This document shows, piece after piece, positions 22,728-36,038 of a DNA stretch of 64,000 bases (position 1 is the first letter of the stretch; every line of letters begins with the position of its first letter). This DNA is from Adineta vaga (lineage: Eukaryota; Animalia; Rotifera): assembly GCA_021613535.1 (NCBI GenBank), contig CP075495.1:13144001-13208000 (forward strand). The letters are read 5' to 3'. A program made the position numbers and the translations under genes. The notes beneath the pieces were generated by a model. The model saw nothing but the letters and a program-made list of their open reading frames with translations, was not told the origin of the DNA and ran no database searches.

Positions 22728-25700
22728 TATTCTAATGAATACACATTCATCGAAATAAGAAGTTATATCTAAATAAAAATTCTCTTAGATCTATTTAAGT
22801 ATTATTAACAAGCAAGATAAATATTCTTCGTTGAACTTCATAAAATTGAATTGATCTGACTTTTTTTTTATTCAACTGTTTTGAAATTCATACGAAGATA
22901 TAATATCATGTTTTCCGTGAGGATATTTGAAGGTGGAATTAGTTCTGTTAATATTATTAAACGATTAGGAATTTTCCTTTTTTTTCTTTACGGAAATAAC
23001 ATTGATAAGAACTGTTAAATAGAACTTTCGTCAGTGAAACTCTTTCTTTTTATGTGTGACATTTTATAAAAGATATGACGTATGACATGACTCTATTTAG
23101 TCTCTCTGTCAAAAACATTTCTTTGCATAATCTTCTAGATTCTTTTGTTTTTGTTGTATTCTAAAATATCCAAAACATTGATGTGATAGAAGACATACGT
23201 CATACAATCGATAAGACTAATAAAGCCTTATTTACAATTAATCTCTTCTTTCGAAAAAGAACACGAATAGAATTGTTCATGATCTAATATTCAATTATGT
23301 CCCTTGTCGCACTTAGTTTGTTGAAAAAAGAGCATACGAAATAATATAGATTCTTCTTTTTCTCGAGAAGGAAACTTCTACTAAATAGACTGATTCTTAA
23401 TCTTACCAGGATTGAATTACATTTATATCGTTGATTTTATCTTTGATATATCTAGCAGAAAAACTTGAAATTAATACAAAAGATATCCCTAGGAAATCAA
23501 TTGAAAAAGTTTCCAGTGAATTAAAACTATTCTCAAATAAAAAAAAAGACGATAATTTATTTCTTTCACTTATGTATCTATAGCTATTAGATAGAATAGA
23601 AACATTTATTAACAATTCTCTATAAAATTTTCACAAAGAGGTGATTATTAAAAATACATTTTCTGTCTCAATATTTTATACCAAATAATGGTTATTCACA
23701 TTCATCTTTATCCTTCATTTTAGATTAAACAAAACGATCTTCTGTTCAAAATAAAAAAAACAATATTTATGCGACGACAGTGAATCTAAACTACGTATTT
23801 TGCAGATCTGTAAAATGTATAGTTGATGAATAAGTCGAACAGTAGTTTTTCTACTCGAACTGTTTAAACCATTTACTTATGCGACATATTGCTTAAAGTA
23901 AAATGAGTTTTAATCAACTGCTAAGATAGTCATTAACTGAAACGAACAGTTCAATGAATACATACTTAATTTCTGATGATAAAAGAACGTTAACACTGAA
24001 TTTCTGTATTCCTCTTTCTTGTTATGACCTGCTATAGTTATATTCTTCTCTATTCGAAATAAAGCCAATGAAACAAGAAAAAAGCTATCATTTCCCATTA
24101 AGAACAACAATACTTTTCTTTTTATAAACCATATATGTGACTACAGTCACAAAGACATTCATTTACATATATGGAATAAGATATGAAACAAACGCATATA
24201 CGTGCTGAGCTGAAAAACAGGATATGAACAAGCTCTTCTCTTTGTCTAACATAGTAAAACCAGTTATTTTTAACTAAATACGATCAGATTAACCGAACTA
24301 TGTTCTAGGTACATTAAAACAATAGGATCCTACGATCTGAACGAACATTCATCTACTTATTTTTATTTATCGAAACTTTGAGAAAACATGACTATTGTAT
24401 AATTATGTAAATGAAAGACTATGAAAAAAGATCAAAGTTTTCTTGTTTGTAACAAATCTACAAGAAAATATAAATAATTATATAAATAGAAAAGGTTATT
24501 TTACACTAGAGTAGAGTATAAACTAATTCTCAGTTTATGGTTTTGATATTTCTAAAAATATTCAAGAAAATTCTGAAGGTACAGCTAACGTGATGGCAGT
24601 TCTAATATTCTCTCTTGACATATATCAAAGATGTAAAAGTAAATTCACTTAAAAATCTCATATTCTATACAACATGCAATCTTTTCTAGGAGAAATATCT
24701 AGCTCTAAGAAAATTGTAGATATTATGAAATTAATAAAAGAAACTAACAAAATGTCGTTTGATATTATTCATTCCGAAGAATATTAAATTTGACGAGAAA
24801 TTTTCTTTTTAGTTCTTATTAAATATTAAACTTACATATGTTCATAATTGAAATATAATATTAGCAGATGGAAACAAAAAACTAAACTCTAAAGAATGAA
24901 GAATATCTCAATTTTATTCATAATACTCGTTTATAATTATCAACTATACCTAAAGGATAACACTTGCAAAGTTTATTAACGTTTATGTAAATATAATTTT
25001 GCTCTGTGAAGATGCTAACTATAAATTTGACTTCAATCAGATAATACTATTTTTCTATATTAAAAAAAAGTCCAATATCGCGAAGGTAATTACGTTAAAA
25101 CGAGACAGCACGCATTTCCTGTATATATAAGATATATTTATTTTAATGAAAAAATTTCATTCTTTTGTTTTGATTTAAGATTTTTGAAAAGATAAAGTTT
25201 TCAAATGAAATATCTTAGTTCTTGTTAATGTATTATCCATTTTGACATGCAATTATCAATCAATGTTGTTTTTCTATTTATGTTCATAACTAAAAAGAAT
25301 CAACGAATAGAAAAGATCAAGGACTATAAATTTGAAAGGAAACGTAGTTGACTAGACATGCAATACTTTGAAGTATAGAAGAATATAAAACGTACCTAGA
25401 TATCATAGAATAAGAAAACAACAGATCGTGTAGATGAACTGGAAATATTAAATAACGTACTTTGAAGATTATCAAATCAATCGGCAATAGAGAAAAGGAT
25501 GTACTTTTATTTTCTATACATACATACTCAGATGTAAAAGATAAAAAAATTCAATCTTAATGAACTCAATCAGTCAGTACATTTGACTAACATATCTGAA
25601 GTTGTGATTGCAATCAAGTTGTATTGTTAACGAAGTACATTAGGTAATCACTCAGATACTTTTCAACTCGGATTTGATATTCTAAAAGAGATAAATTTTA

Positions 25701-26260
25701 AACTCACCTATCGATAAACGATGTTGCTTTCGAGAATATTTGGGAAAGAAAAAAACAACTGTGAGGCAAATAAGTTCTCTTGTGAAAATTTTAATTCTAA
25801 TGCATTCTCTACTGTAACAATATCTATATGCAATTTTGAATATTACAGAAAAAAGAAGCTTATGTCCTATAGAAAGAGAAAGATCTTTTTAAATCTATGA
25901 CATCTGCCATTATGATAAAAAAAAGTAGAAGATTACTGTTGTTTAAAACAATCTGCTTTATTTTATTAACTAATAAGCAATTCTGACGGATTTCAATTGT
26001 CTATATATTTTCAGTTCTGTCGCTCTCGAATTAACTAGAATGTGAAGAATTACAGCAGAAACAATATTTTTCTAATCAGATCTATTATCACCGAATACAT
26101 ACATTTTCTTCTATGGAATTAACATTTATGTACAAACAAAATAGAGAAAGATTCTTTAGTAGTCATCGATACACATCGAAATAATATTTATTAGACTTGT
26201 CGTTTTATACAAAACAAAGCTGTTTAGAAAGTAGAATATTTATACAAAACGAATAAATGA

Positions 26261-26578
26261 TTAAAGATTTTTTGGACCTCCTTGAACTCGTGCTGGTGTG
26301 ATTGGATCATTATTTGTTGGTTTTCCATCTCGAACATCACTACTAGAATCAAATGTTTGTTCGATCGAGGCACGTCGAGCTTTTATTCCCGGAGCTGGTT
26401 TTGGTGCTGCTTGATAGATCATTAAATCATGACTATATGTACCATGCATAGTCGAATGATTTAATGCAAAACATCGTGCAATTAAACCGATTAACATCAC
26501 AGTACCAATGAAAGCGAAAGCAATGTATGATGCAACTGGAACAATATAAGGTTTTTCAGCTGATGACGACGAATCCAT
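26261..26578 (-). CDS. Small single-pass membrane protein of unknown function
   Basis: 105-aa ATG-initiated ORF with one TM segment (IVPVASYIAFAFIGTVMLIGLIA) and a polar tail containing RRAS, a PKA-type site. Confidence 0.65.
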   Translation of the reverse strand: MDSSSSAEKPYIVPVASYIAFAFIGTVMLIGLIARCFALNHSTMHGTYSHDLMIYQAAPKPAPGIKARRASIEQTFDSSSDVRDGKPTNNDPITPARVQGGPKNL

Positions 26579-27062
26579 ATTGACACTTGTTGGATGTGTT
26601 TTTTCTTTCTTACCTATTTTTCCGGCTTACAACAGTTTATCATCGACGTCATGCATTACATTTAATCTCTGGTTTTTCTCAACTAAAAAAGCATATATTT
26701 AAACTTGTGACATCGGAGTATTTCATGAGATTCTAATAGAACGGAAAGAAAAAGAATGAAGGCAAATATTGAAGGAAAAAACTATGTGTGCGTATTTTTC
26801 CATCCCAAACAAATAATGCGTAGATTGAAAAAAAAATTTGTGATAATATTATCAATGACATGTTCCATAAAAGGTGGATCATTCAGTATTGAAATGATTC
26901 TTTCAAACTCTATTAGATATATCAATAAATTGATGTTTGATTTATTAAAAAAACTCATAAATAGATATATGATAAGTCATGAGTAGAATATGATCACTGA
27001 GTTGAAATGTTCGAAGATATACATAAATTCGATTCTTTGAGAATATCATTTTTCTTTTGGAT

Positions 27063-27990
27063 TTATTCACCACACGGTGCAACACCTAAACAATTATCAG
27101 AAACAGAAAAATAGCAATCAAATGGATGTGGTGAATGATCTTCATTAAATAAATATACAAAAGCTCCATGTGATGATGGTTCCCATATTGATTGATCATT
27201 TGTATTAACAAAACTTTCATATGGATTAATAAATGCAAAATATCGTGCACCTTTTTCACGAAGAATTGATAAAGTTACAGGCTAAATAATAACAATCTCA
27301 TTCTCAATTCCTTAGAAATATTAAAAACTTTACTTGAAATCGATTTTGATTCCAAAGTTGTTCAACAAATTCTGCTCGCCATGGATAAGGACCTTCAAAT
27401 GTTAATCCATTTGTCGCAGATACAATCAATGCATTGACTCGAACAAGTTCAAGTGTATCATTACTTTCATTCAATTTAAAATATGCAAATCCACCTAATT
27501 TAAGTAGATTTTCTTCATATGAACTATCCAAATCAACATTATCAGAATGATGAATATTATTTGGTGGATAAAGCCAACAGAAATGTGTTGCATCTTCTGG
27601 AATACTTGCTGTTGAACGTGCAAATCCTTCGAGTGTAATTCTAGCTATTGGAGCACAATATCCGATTGCTCGTTCTTCTTGATTTAATTTTCGACCACCA
27701 ATAGTTAATATGTGATATTGAGAAGTTGGTAGAAACATTTCAAATGACATATCAACCGAATGAATATCTAAATTTAGACTAATAGCTTTAGTGTTTTCAA
27801 TCAATTGCTAATTACCAAATGGTCCTAATGTATCAAAAGGTTGAGCATATAATAAATGATCATTGTGTATTGTTGATCCTAATTGAAATACCCAACGATC
27901 ATTTTGATAAAATATCACACTTCCTCGTGGTATTCGACTTTCTTCTAGTTTTTGAGCAACACCCATTGGAAGTAAATTGATACTATTCAT
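27063..27990 (-). CDS. Uncharacterised globular protein with an internal two-fold repeat
   Basis: Three exons. A 48-nt intron at 27815-27768 removes the in-frame TAG, and a second intron follows ...NQNRFQ. The last exon reads PVTLSILREKGARYFAFINP...HGAFVYLF...VAPCGE*. Confidence 0.75.
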
Positions 27991-28714
27991 TGGAATAGGT
28001 TTTTTTCTTCTCTATACGTCTATTTCAAAGTGTAAAACAAGTGGTATTTCGCTTTTATTTTTATTTTTGACACGATAAAATCAAGGGCATTTGATAATAG
28101 GTCGCACTTAGCAACTACAGAGAAAAAAAGAAACAAAGTAAATACGAAAGTAATAATAACACACAGATCGTAAAAAATAATATTGATTCTCATCCTAACG
28201 GTTTTTTTTCTACTTGATTCGATGAAAATTTTCGAACAAACTTTAGGAATTTATTCATCGAATGTACATTCATGTGTTAAATAAATATTAAGCCATGCAT
28301 AGTTGAGTATGGAATAAATCATAACTCGAAATTTTTGTGTTATACGAATAAGAATATTCACTTTTGAATAATGTTCAAAATGAATGATGGCAACAAAGAC
28401 AAATTATGACAAGTTTACATAGAAATATTTGCCTTCTAGTAATATGATTTGTTGATAGCTTCTTGTATTCAATCATTTGTACAATAGCAATCATTGTATC
28501 ATATTACTATACACATATGTATACGAGTTCTCTTATAATGATTGATCAAAACAAATCAATCATCGTTGATCTTTATTTTTTCTTTTCAAGTATGAAAGTT
28601 GAATCATATATGAAAAATAATGTTTAACTGACTAAATATCATAAAATACAATTGAATAACACAAAAAAGAAATATCACAGTTAATAAACAAATCAAAACG
28701 TTTTTTGAAAAATT

Positions 28715-29428
28715 CTATTTGGATTTTAATGGTCGACGAAAGAGTAAAACATGTGGTTCTAAAAAGAAATAAATAGAATAATTCAATCTATGTATATTTT
28801 ATTTACAATTGTTTTATCCATATCAATCTTCATTCTTTAGATCAACAAATCGAATGGTACAAAATCAATGTTCTATTACTTTGATAACAATGATTTCATA
28901 ATCATTCGATAAGATCATGTTTGCTACTGTATTTTATCAATATTGTTTATTCTATTGATTTGTGTAAGAAAATATATCATTATTACTAAATTTCTATTTG
29001 AAGGATAAAACAATATCTTATCAATCAAGTATGAAGAAGGAACTCGTTTCTTATCTATAACCATATTCTCTAATCAAAATACCAAAATAAATACTTCTTG
29101 TCTTCCTTACATCATCGATCCAGTGCGAATGATTTTCTATTACCATAACTTTCAATCAATATTGTCAAAACTAACCTGGATTGTGTAACATAAAATGCAC
29201 CCATCCTGCTGACATTTGTAAGCCTTGGAAAAAAAAAGGAAAAGCATTTTTTCTTTACTTTTGTTTTTACATTCAAAATTTTCTCTTACCTAAATTTCGC
29301 CATTCAGTTTCAGTTAATAAATGTGTTCTTGGTACCAGTTGTGCTTGTTCGGGTGGTAAAATCACATGACGATATTCATAGATATCATCTTTATATGTTT
29401 CACTGTAGAAGATTTCTTTAACAGGCAT
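28715..29428 (-). CDS. CKS1: Cyclin-dependent kinase regulatory subunit (Cks/Suc1)
   Basis: Not in the ORF track. Three exons read MPVKEIFYSETYKDDIYEYRHVILPPEQAQLVPRTHLLTETEWRNLG / LQMSAGWVHFMLHNP / EPHVLLFRRPLKSK*. Confidence 0.93.
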
Positions 29429-29831
29429 ATTGTTTCTTAAAGAAAAACTAAAGAAATTTGATCAAATTGAATCGTTCTTTATGTTTTTATTATCTCTTTC
29501 TCTCTGTTACATATATATATATATATAAAAGAAAACCCTGAACGCAAATATGCGTACTAAATACAATACGAATAAGAAGACCAGAAAAAAACAAACAAAC
29601 GAATGAACTTCTTTCTTTTACTCTTGCACAAAATGGAAGACGAGAGATTATTCGACAAACAATGCACTGTGACAGAGAAGAAAAAAAAGTGAGAGAGAAA
29701 ATTTTATACATGAGAATAACGTTTTCATTTTCATCGAAGATAGCTTGTAATTTGATTGCCATGTAAAGTAAGCACGTGAGAATAAGATTGTTCGATTATT
29801 AATATACAAGAAAATTTTATATGCGTTTCTT

Positions 29832-30621
29832 TTAAAGAAAAACACATGAAGATTTCGAGGTTTTATTAGTTTTTGGTGATAAGACACTTCGAACAGCATC
29901 ATCAAAGACCTTTAAATAACGATATGATAATAATCATTTGAAAGAAAGTATTTCATAGTAACAAACCTGTTTAAGACCTTTTTGAGTTAAAGCTGAACAT
30001 TCAACATATTTAAAAGCACGAATTTTTTTACATAAACGTTGTCCCTGTTCACGTTTAATGGATTGAAGATTTTGTTTTTGTAACTGATTAACAAAATCTC
30101 GATCTTCACGTAAATCAATTTTTGTACCTATAATATACATATAAAGAAATGAAATTTCTTATCGAATTATGTTTTCGTTATATTACCACATAGAATAACT
30201 GGTGTATCTGGACAATGATGTCGAATTTCTGGCATCCATTTATTCGTTATATTTGTAAATGATGTGGGACTTATAACACTGAAACAAAGCACAAATACAT
30301 CCGTTTGAGGATATGATAATGGTCGAAGTCGATCATAATCTTCTTGACCAGCTGTATCCCATAAACCCAAAGAAACTTTAACATTATCAACAACAATATT
30401 CGATGTATAATTATCAAAACTAAAATAGATATGAACATGAAGAATTATTTTTAGAAAAAAAAGTCAAAGGAAATAATTGAAACTCACACTGTAGGAACAT
30501 ATTCATCAGGAAATGTATTACTTGTAAATGACATTAACATACAAGTTTTTCCAACAGTTCCATCACCTACAATCACTAATTTAATAGGTACACTTTGATG
30601 AGGATTTAATTTGTTCGCCAT
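29832..30621 (-). CDS. Mtl: Rac-subfamily Rho GTPase, Mtl/MIG-2/RhoG-like
   Basis: Four exons. Motifs [13 protein letters not shown] (Mtl/MIG-2-type P-loop), [38 protein letters not shown] and [10 protein letters not shown], ending in the CAAX box CVFL*. Confidence 0.88.
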
Positions 30622-31261
30622 AGAGTAAAATCTCTACGATGAATTTGTTGTATGTTGATTGTACTTTATTTCTCTCTCTATCTTTGACAACAAAATAGTA
30701 ACATCTAAAAATGTAATATGAACTAAATGAATCAACAATGTAAAATGAGAATATCGAATAGTAGTAACTGTATAATCATATTCTTTCTTTTTACTCGTCG
30801 ATACTGCTACTACTACTATTACTAGCGATCAACTCTTCTTTTTTTTTTCTTACTTAGGTTCATGTTCGAAGGAAGAAGAAAACAGTCGAACATTACAATG
30901 ATGATGATCATCAGCATCATCAATTATAGCTAGAAGAGAGAACTAGCAAAAGGTCTCACTCATCTATATACTTGATGATGATTCTATTCTACGAAGTTTT
31001 TTTTCTTCTGATTGACAAGTTTCAGTTGAAGAAGGAAGGAAGGAGAAAGAAGAGAAGAAAATGTGTACATAGAAATATATATATATGTATAGTAGAGTGT
31101 GTATTACTCGATTGATGATAGATACATTATGAGTTGAATGAAAACCAATAGAAATTGATCTAATCGAAATTTATTTATGAAATGAAAAATAAAAATAAAT
31201 TCTTTTTTCGAATTTCATTTCTCAAAAAAAATTATGGAAGAGGTTATGTTCTTTATTTTTT

Positions 31262-31286
31262 ATTGGACAAAATTTTGACCAATCAG
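31262..31286. promoter_or_regulatory. Paired CCAAT (NF-Y-type) boxes upstream of MRPL10
   Basis: ATTGG at 31262-31266 and GACCAATCAG at 31277-31286, about 60-85 nt upstream of the ATG at 31349. Confidence 0.45.
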
Positions 31287-31348
31287 ATGTCGATTCAGTC
31301 ATCTGAGCGAAGAAATCGTTAATAAATAAAGACGTATATTTTCTGATT

Positions 31349-32393
31349 ATGTATTCGATACTTAGATTTAGTAAGTTAATTCTTGATTAAACCTTCTAAA
31401 AAGAATATTCTTCTGATATCCTTGTTTTTATACAGTTTCTTGTCCAACGACAATAACATGTGTTCGTCATTTGAAAATCAATACAATAAGACCAAGATCA
31501 CGACCGGATTTATTAAGATTTCTAGAAGATATTGCATTACCGGTTTTAGAAAAACCAATACCTGATCCGGTTGAAGATTGTTACCGAGAACAAGTGAAAA
31601 ATAAAATTTTACTTGATCAAGAAGATATTGAATTAGTAAAAAGACTTTTGATTTCATGTTAGAAAAGAAAATCTATCATTTTATCTTACTTATAGGCTTC
31701 AGAATATGATCAATTTCGTGCTCGACGTTTTCGTGAAATGCTTGACACAAGTCGAATAGTTTTACTTTGTCAAGAAATTTGTATTGTTCCACCAAGTAAA
31801 ATAATCAATTCTTCACTAATTTAAGATTACGTTCGTTTCTTTTTTCGAACATAGTTCGATATACGATTGCCAAAATGCAATTTATGAAAAATGGATTTCA
31901 ATTTTCGAAATATCCTCGAATCGTTCCACAGTAATACTCTTTTCGTCTTTTTCTTCTCTCTGTATTCGAATGTTTCGTCCTTGCAGTTTAGCATTAGCAA
32001 ATGATAAACAATATGAACATTTTCTCCCACCAATTCTATCATTCGGTTTCGAAACCATTTATCTATCTCATCAAGATAATCAACTTGCATCTGCATTCAA
32101 ACTACTGAAAAAATATCGAAATAATCTATTACTAATCGGTAAATTGAGTAAAGCAGAGTACATACAAACTTTTTGTTTTTTTTTCTTCAGGTGGACTTGT
32201 TAATGGTCGGTTATATAATCGTGCTGGATTGGAAACACTCAATCAATTACCAAATATTGATTACTTTCAAGGTGAATTGGTTTCCATTACACAATTACCA
32301 AGCAGTCGAACATTATCATTAACAAATCATCCTGCTCGATTACTTAGTCATTATTTAGATACATATGTGAAAGCTGAACAAGGAAAAACATGA
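31349..32393 (+). CDS. MRPL10: Mitochondrial ribosomal protein uL10m
   Basis: Multi-exon with a presequence-like N-terminus. Motifs KINTIRPR, MFRPCSLALANDKQYEHFLP and LLLIG/GLVNGRLYNRAGLETLNQLPNIDYFQGELVSIL. Confidence 0.72.
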
Positions 32394-32507
32394 TTCATTT
32401 TCTATTGCTTCTGTTTTTCATTTTGTTAGGAAAAAAAGAATTAAAAAGCAAACGAAGTTTTCAGGTTTTCTTCTTCGAACGACTGTTATCTATTAGAATA
32501 TTTTCAG

Positions 32508-33302
32508 ATGGCTGGATCAGCTCTACGACGTTTAATTGCAGAATATAAACGTAAGAATTTGAAATATAGATATTTAGAACATAATAAAGAATAAAACTAT
32601 TGCTTTAGAATTAACAAATAATCCACCCGATGGAATTCTAGCTGGACCACTTAGTGATGAGAATTTTTTTGAATGGGAAGCATTAATTACGTTCGTATAA
32701 TGTAAAATAGATCTAAAAGAATGTTTTGTGTTATATTTTATACTTAGTGGGCCTAGTGGAACATCATTTGAATATGGTGTTTTTGTTACTCGACTTCATT
32801 TCCCAAGTGATTATCCATTAAGTCCACCAAAAATGAAGTTTATAAGTGAAATTTTTCATCCGAATGGTAGAGAACAATTTTTATCTTTCAGTATAATTAG
32901 TTTTATTTGATTTTAATTAGTTTATCCCGATGGAAGGGTATGTATTTCAATTTTACATGCACCTGGTGATGATCCAATGGTAAGAAAATGAAAATTTATA
33001 TTGCATTGATAGATATTCATTTCTGATCTGTTTTTCATAATTCTACGTTTTATAGGGTTATGAAACCAGTGCTGAACGTTGGAGTCCTGTACAAAGTGTT
33101 GAGAAGATTCTACTCGTCAGTTGTTTCATTACTTGCTGGTATGTGAACTTTTCTGTTGATTTGTTTTGTTTATTTTGTAATTGATTTAGAACCAAATGAA
33201 GCCAGTCCAGCAAATGTTGATGCTGCCAAGATGTTTCGTGAAAATCGTGAGAAATTTGATGAAATGGCCAAACGCAGCGTTCGAAAAACGCTCGGACTTT
33301 AA
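32508..33302 (+). CDS. UBE2G2: Ubiquitin-conjugating enzyme E2 G2 (Ubc7); one extra base near 33115-33116 breaks the frame
   Basis: [82 protein letters not shown] and EPNEASPANVDAAK. Confidence 0.93.
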
Positions 33303-33414
33303 TTGATTTCTTCTTACTTTTTACGTGTCTATGTTGATCTTTAAATCATTCTTTTTCTTCTTCTTCTTCTTCATAGTCAAATTTGCAATTGAATCTATGT
33401 CTTTTAGATAAATA

Positions 33415-35894
33415 ATGTTCTCTCGAAATTCTTTTCCATTAATCAATTATATTTCACGACGAGTAAGTATTTAAGTTAATTTTCTAGTGAAGAAAATTAT
33501 AATCAATAATTTGATAGTTTGTTCAAAATCTTCCAAAAAATATTCAACTTGAGCTTAATCCAGATGTAAATCAACAAATCACATCTGATGATAAAAAATT
33601 AGCTTTTTTCAAAGAACATAAAGGAAAATTTTACCATAAAACTGAATTACCAAAAAAATTAGAAGAAAGTATCAATAGAATTCTGTCTGGTAAATAATTT
33701 ATCACTAAATTTTCTCATATAGGAAGATATTTGATTGGTTTTATCATAGATATTGAACCACAACGTTTAAAAGCAGATATGAAAATATTACAGGATCATC
33801 TAATTGAAAGGCATTTACCAATGGAACAACGTGAATTACAAACAATCGCACAAAATGTTATTCAAAATTTCACAAATACTGAACGTAAATTCTTTCGATA
33901 GAGAATTATTCCTTTGTAACTCCTATTCATATATGTTTAGCAGCGATTAATACATTAGCAATGAGTCCAGAACAACGTGAAAAACTTCATCTTGTTCGAC
34001 AACATGCATTAGTGAAACGATTGAAATCATCTATTTATCGTTGGCAACCGTTATCGTAAGATGAACGAGAGAAATTAAAATATTTTATTAAAACTTTTTG
34101 GAATTTCTTTTAGATTCGATGAATATAAATCGAAAATATATTTAGCAACGAATTTTGCGGCACATTATGCGATGCTTGTACAAATTCTCAATGAAGTTTG
34201 TCGAAAAATATGAATCGGATAAAGACATTTTTTTCTTTTTTATCATAGATTAAACAAAGAGAACGAAATTTTCAACCTATTCGATTACTAGATTTTGGAT
34301 CGGGCACTGGTTCTGCTATGTGGTAAGTTTATTCCTTATGATGAACTTTATATGTTTCAATCTGATTGATATTTGAAGGGCGGCTTTACATACGTGGGGT
34401 AAAAGAACATTTTCTGAAATACTTAATGTTGATAAATCACGTGAAATGAATAATCTATCTCAATTAATTCTACAAAATGGTCAACAGAATAAAGCTAGCA
34501 TTATTCCAAATGTTATTTATCGACAATTTATGCCACATGGACGTGATGTATGTTGAATAGATCTCTGCATAACATATGTTTTCGAAGAGAAAAATCAAAG
34601 AAAGTTCTTTAGAATACATTTGATCTTGTCATTGCTGATCATACTCTATTCGAATTTGAAAATCGTTTTGATCGTCTCAAAGCGATCCAATCATTATGGT
34701 ACAATGTCAAACCAAATGGATTTTTAGTAAATAAACTTTTTGTTTTAGAGAATGTTTTTCAATTTACAATTGATTTTATTTTAGATTCTTGTTGAGCGAG
34801 GTACAATTCATGGCTATGCGGCAATAAATGAAGCTCGTGAAAATCTGTTATATGTATGTACGAATGAGTTAACATGTATTTGTTTTTTTGTCAGCTGTGA
34901 GTAGAGTAAAAGGCCATTGAAATCGATCTCGTATACCAAGTGATGTTAGTAATTCGATCAGATAATCAGTACTGATAGGAAAAGAAAACATGAAGCTGCA
35001 TGTTAGCAGAAATTAAATGAGAATATGTGCGTGGAGAAAATCAGCTGAGTGAGAGAAAAAAATGACATATGATATTGTAACGTTAATTTCCTGTTTTTAG
35101 CGTATTGCTTCATCCAATAACTCAAAAGAAGAGAATACCGATGGTGAAGCTGAGTCAAATAGCGAAGAATCGTTGACAGAAAATGATGATTCATCAGTGA
35201 CGAAACGTTCTTTTCCAGCACATATATTTTCACCGGTAAGAAGGATTTGATAAATATTGTGCAATATTTCACCTGATGCAATTTAGTGTCCTCATGATTC
35301 AATATGTCCAAAAAAACAACTAAATATTCCATGTCGCATATCGACTCGATATCGACCATTACAAATATTTGATTTACAGAGAGTAACAAATATCATCTTT
35401 ATTCTATTATTTCGTTGACTGTTCATCTTTCTTCTTAGAATGCACCTGATTATATAACAACTGAAATGTCATACATTGTTGTAAGAAAAGGTGAACGCGA
35501 TCAGAATGGTACATAAAAATAAAACCGAAATTATTTTTCCATAATTGTGTTTTTTTTTAAATCAAAGATGTTTATGGAGCATGGCCACGTGTTATTGAAC
35601 CAATTATTGATCGTAAACATCATCAACATGTTCGACTTTGTTGTCCAAATGGTCAATATATCAACGCGCCAATTTCGAAAAACAAACATGGCGTGTATGT
35701 ACATTGAAATTCTATTGAATAGATTAGATTTGACATATAATTTCAGTGCTCTTCATCGTTTATCACATCATGCTGCACCAGGTGATTTATTTCCCGTAAC
35801 TGGTGAATTGATTGAAGAAAAACCAATCGTTGATAAGGAAGTTTCAGTATCATCTGAACCACAACAACGACGAAGACGAGCATATAGAACTTAA
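33415..35894 (+). CDS. METTL17: Mitoribosome small-subunit assembly factor METTL17/Rsm22
   Basis: Multi-exon. SAM motif LLDFGSGTGSAMWAA, LILVERGTIHGY, Fe-S-type Cys motifs IFSPCPHDSICP..IPC and VRLCCPNG, and WPRVIEP. Confidence 0.88.
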
Positions 35895-36038
35895 ATCATT
35901 TTTGTTTTCATATAGAGATTGAACAAGAAAACACAGATATACAATGTTTAATGTTTTCTCTTGTTATTCTTCTAGATAAATTACTTGAATAAGAAAACGA
36001 GAAAAGGATCTATTCATTTCTTAAAGAACAGTTCTGAA

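Noticed and set aside
23000-26200. Possible decayed coding or transposon sequence in a 3-kb gene-free stretch
   Set aside because: I found no recognisable motif, terminal repeat or splice-consistent frame. It may simply be the GPCR upstream region.
27768-27815. In-frame TAG followed by CAATTG, resembling the UAG-CARYYA stop-readthrough signal
   Set aside because: The stop lies inside a canonical 48-nt intron (GTAATTAG...AATTTAG) whose removal keeps the frame.
34853-35100. Longer METTL17 intron with GTGATG/CTGA words and a short TCAGCTG inverted repeat (possible C/D snoRNA)
   Set aside because: The box C match is imperfect and I could not identify an rRNA-complementary guide. Such short matches are expected by chance.
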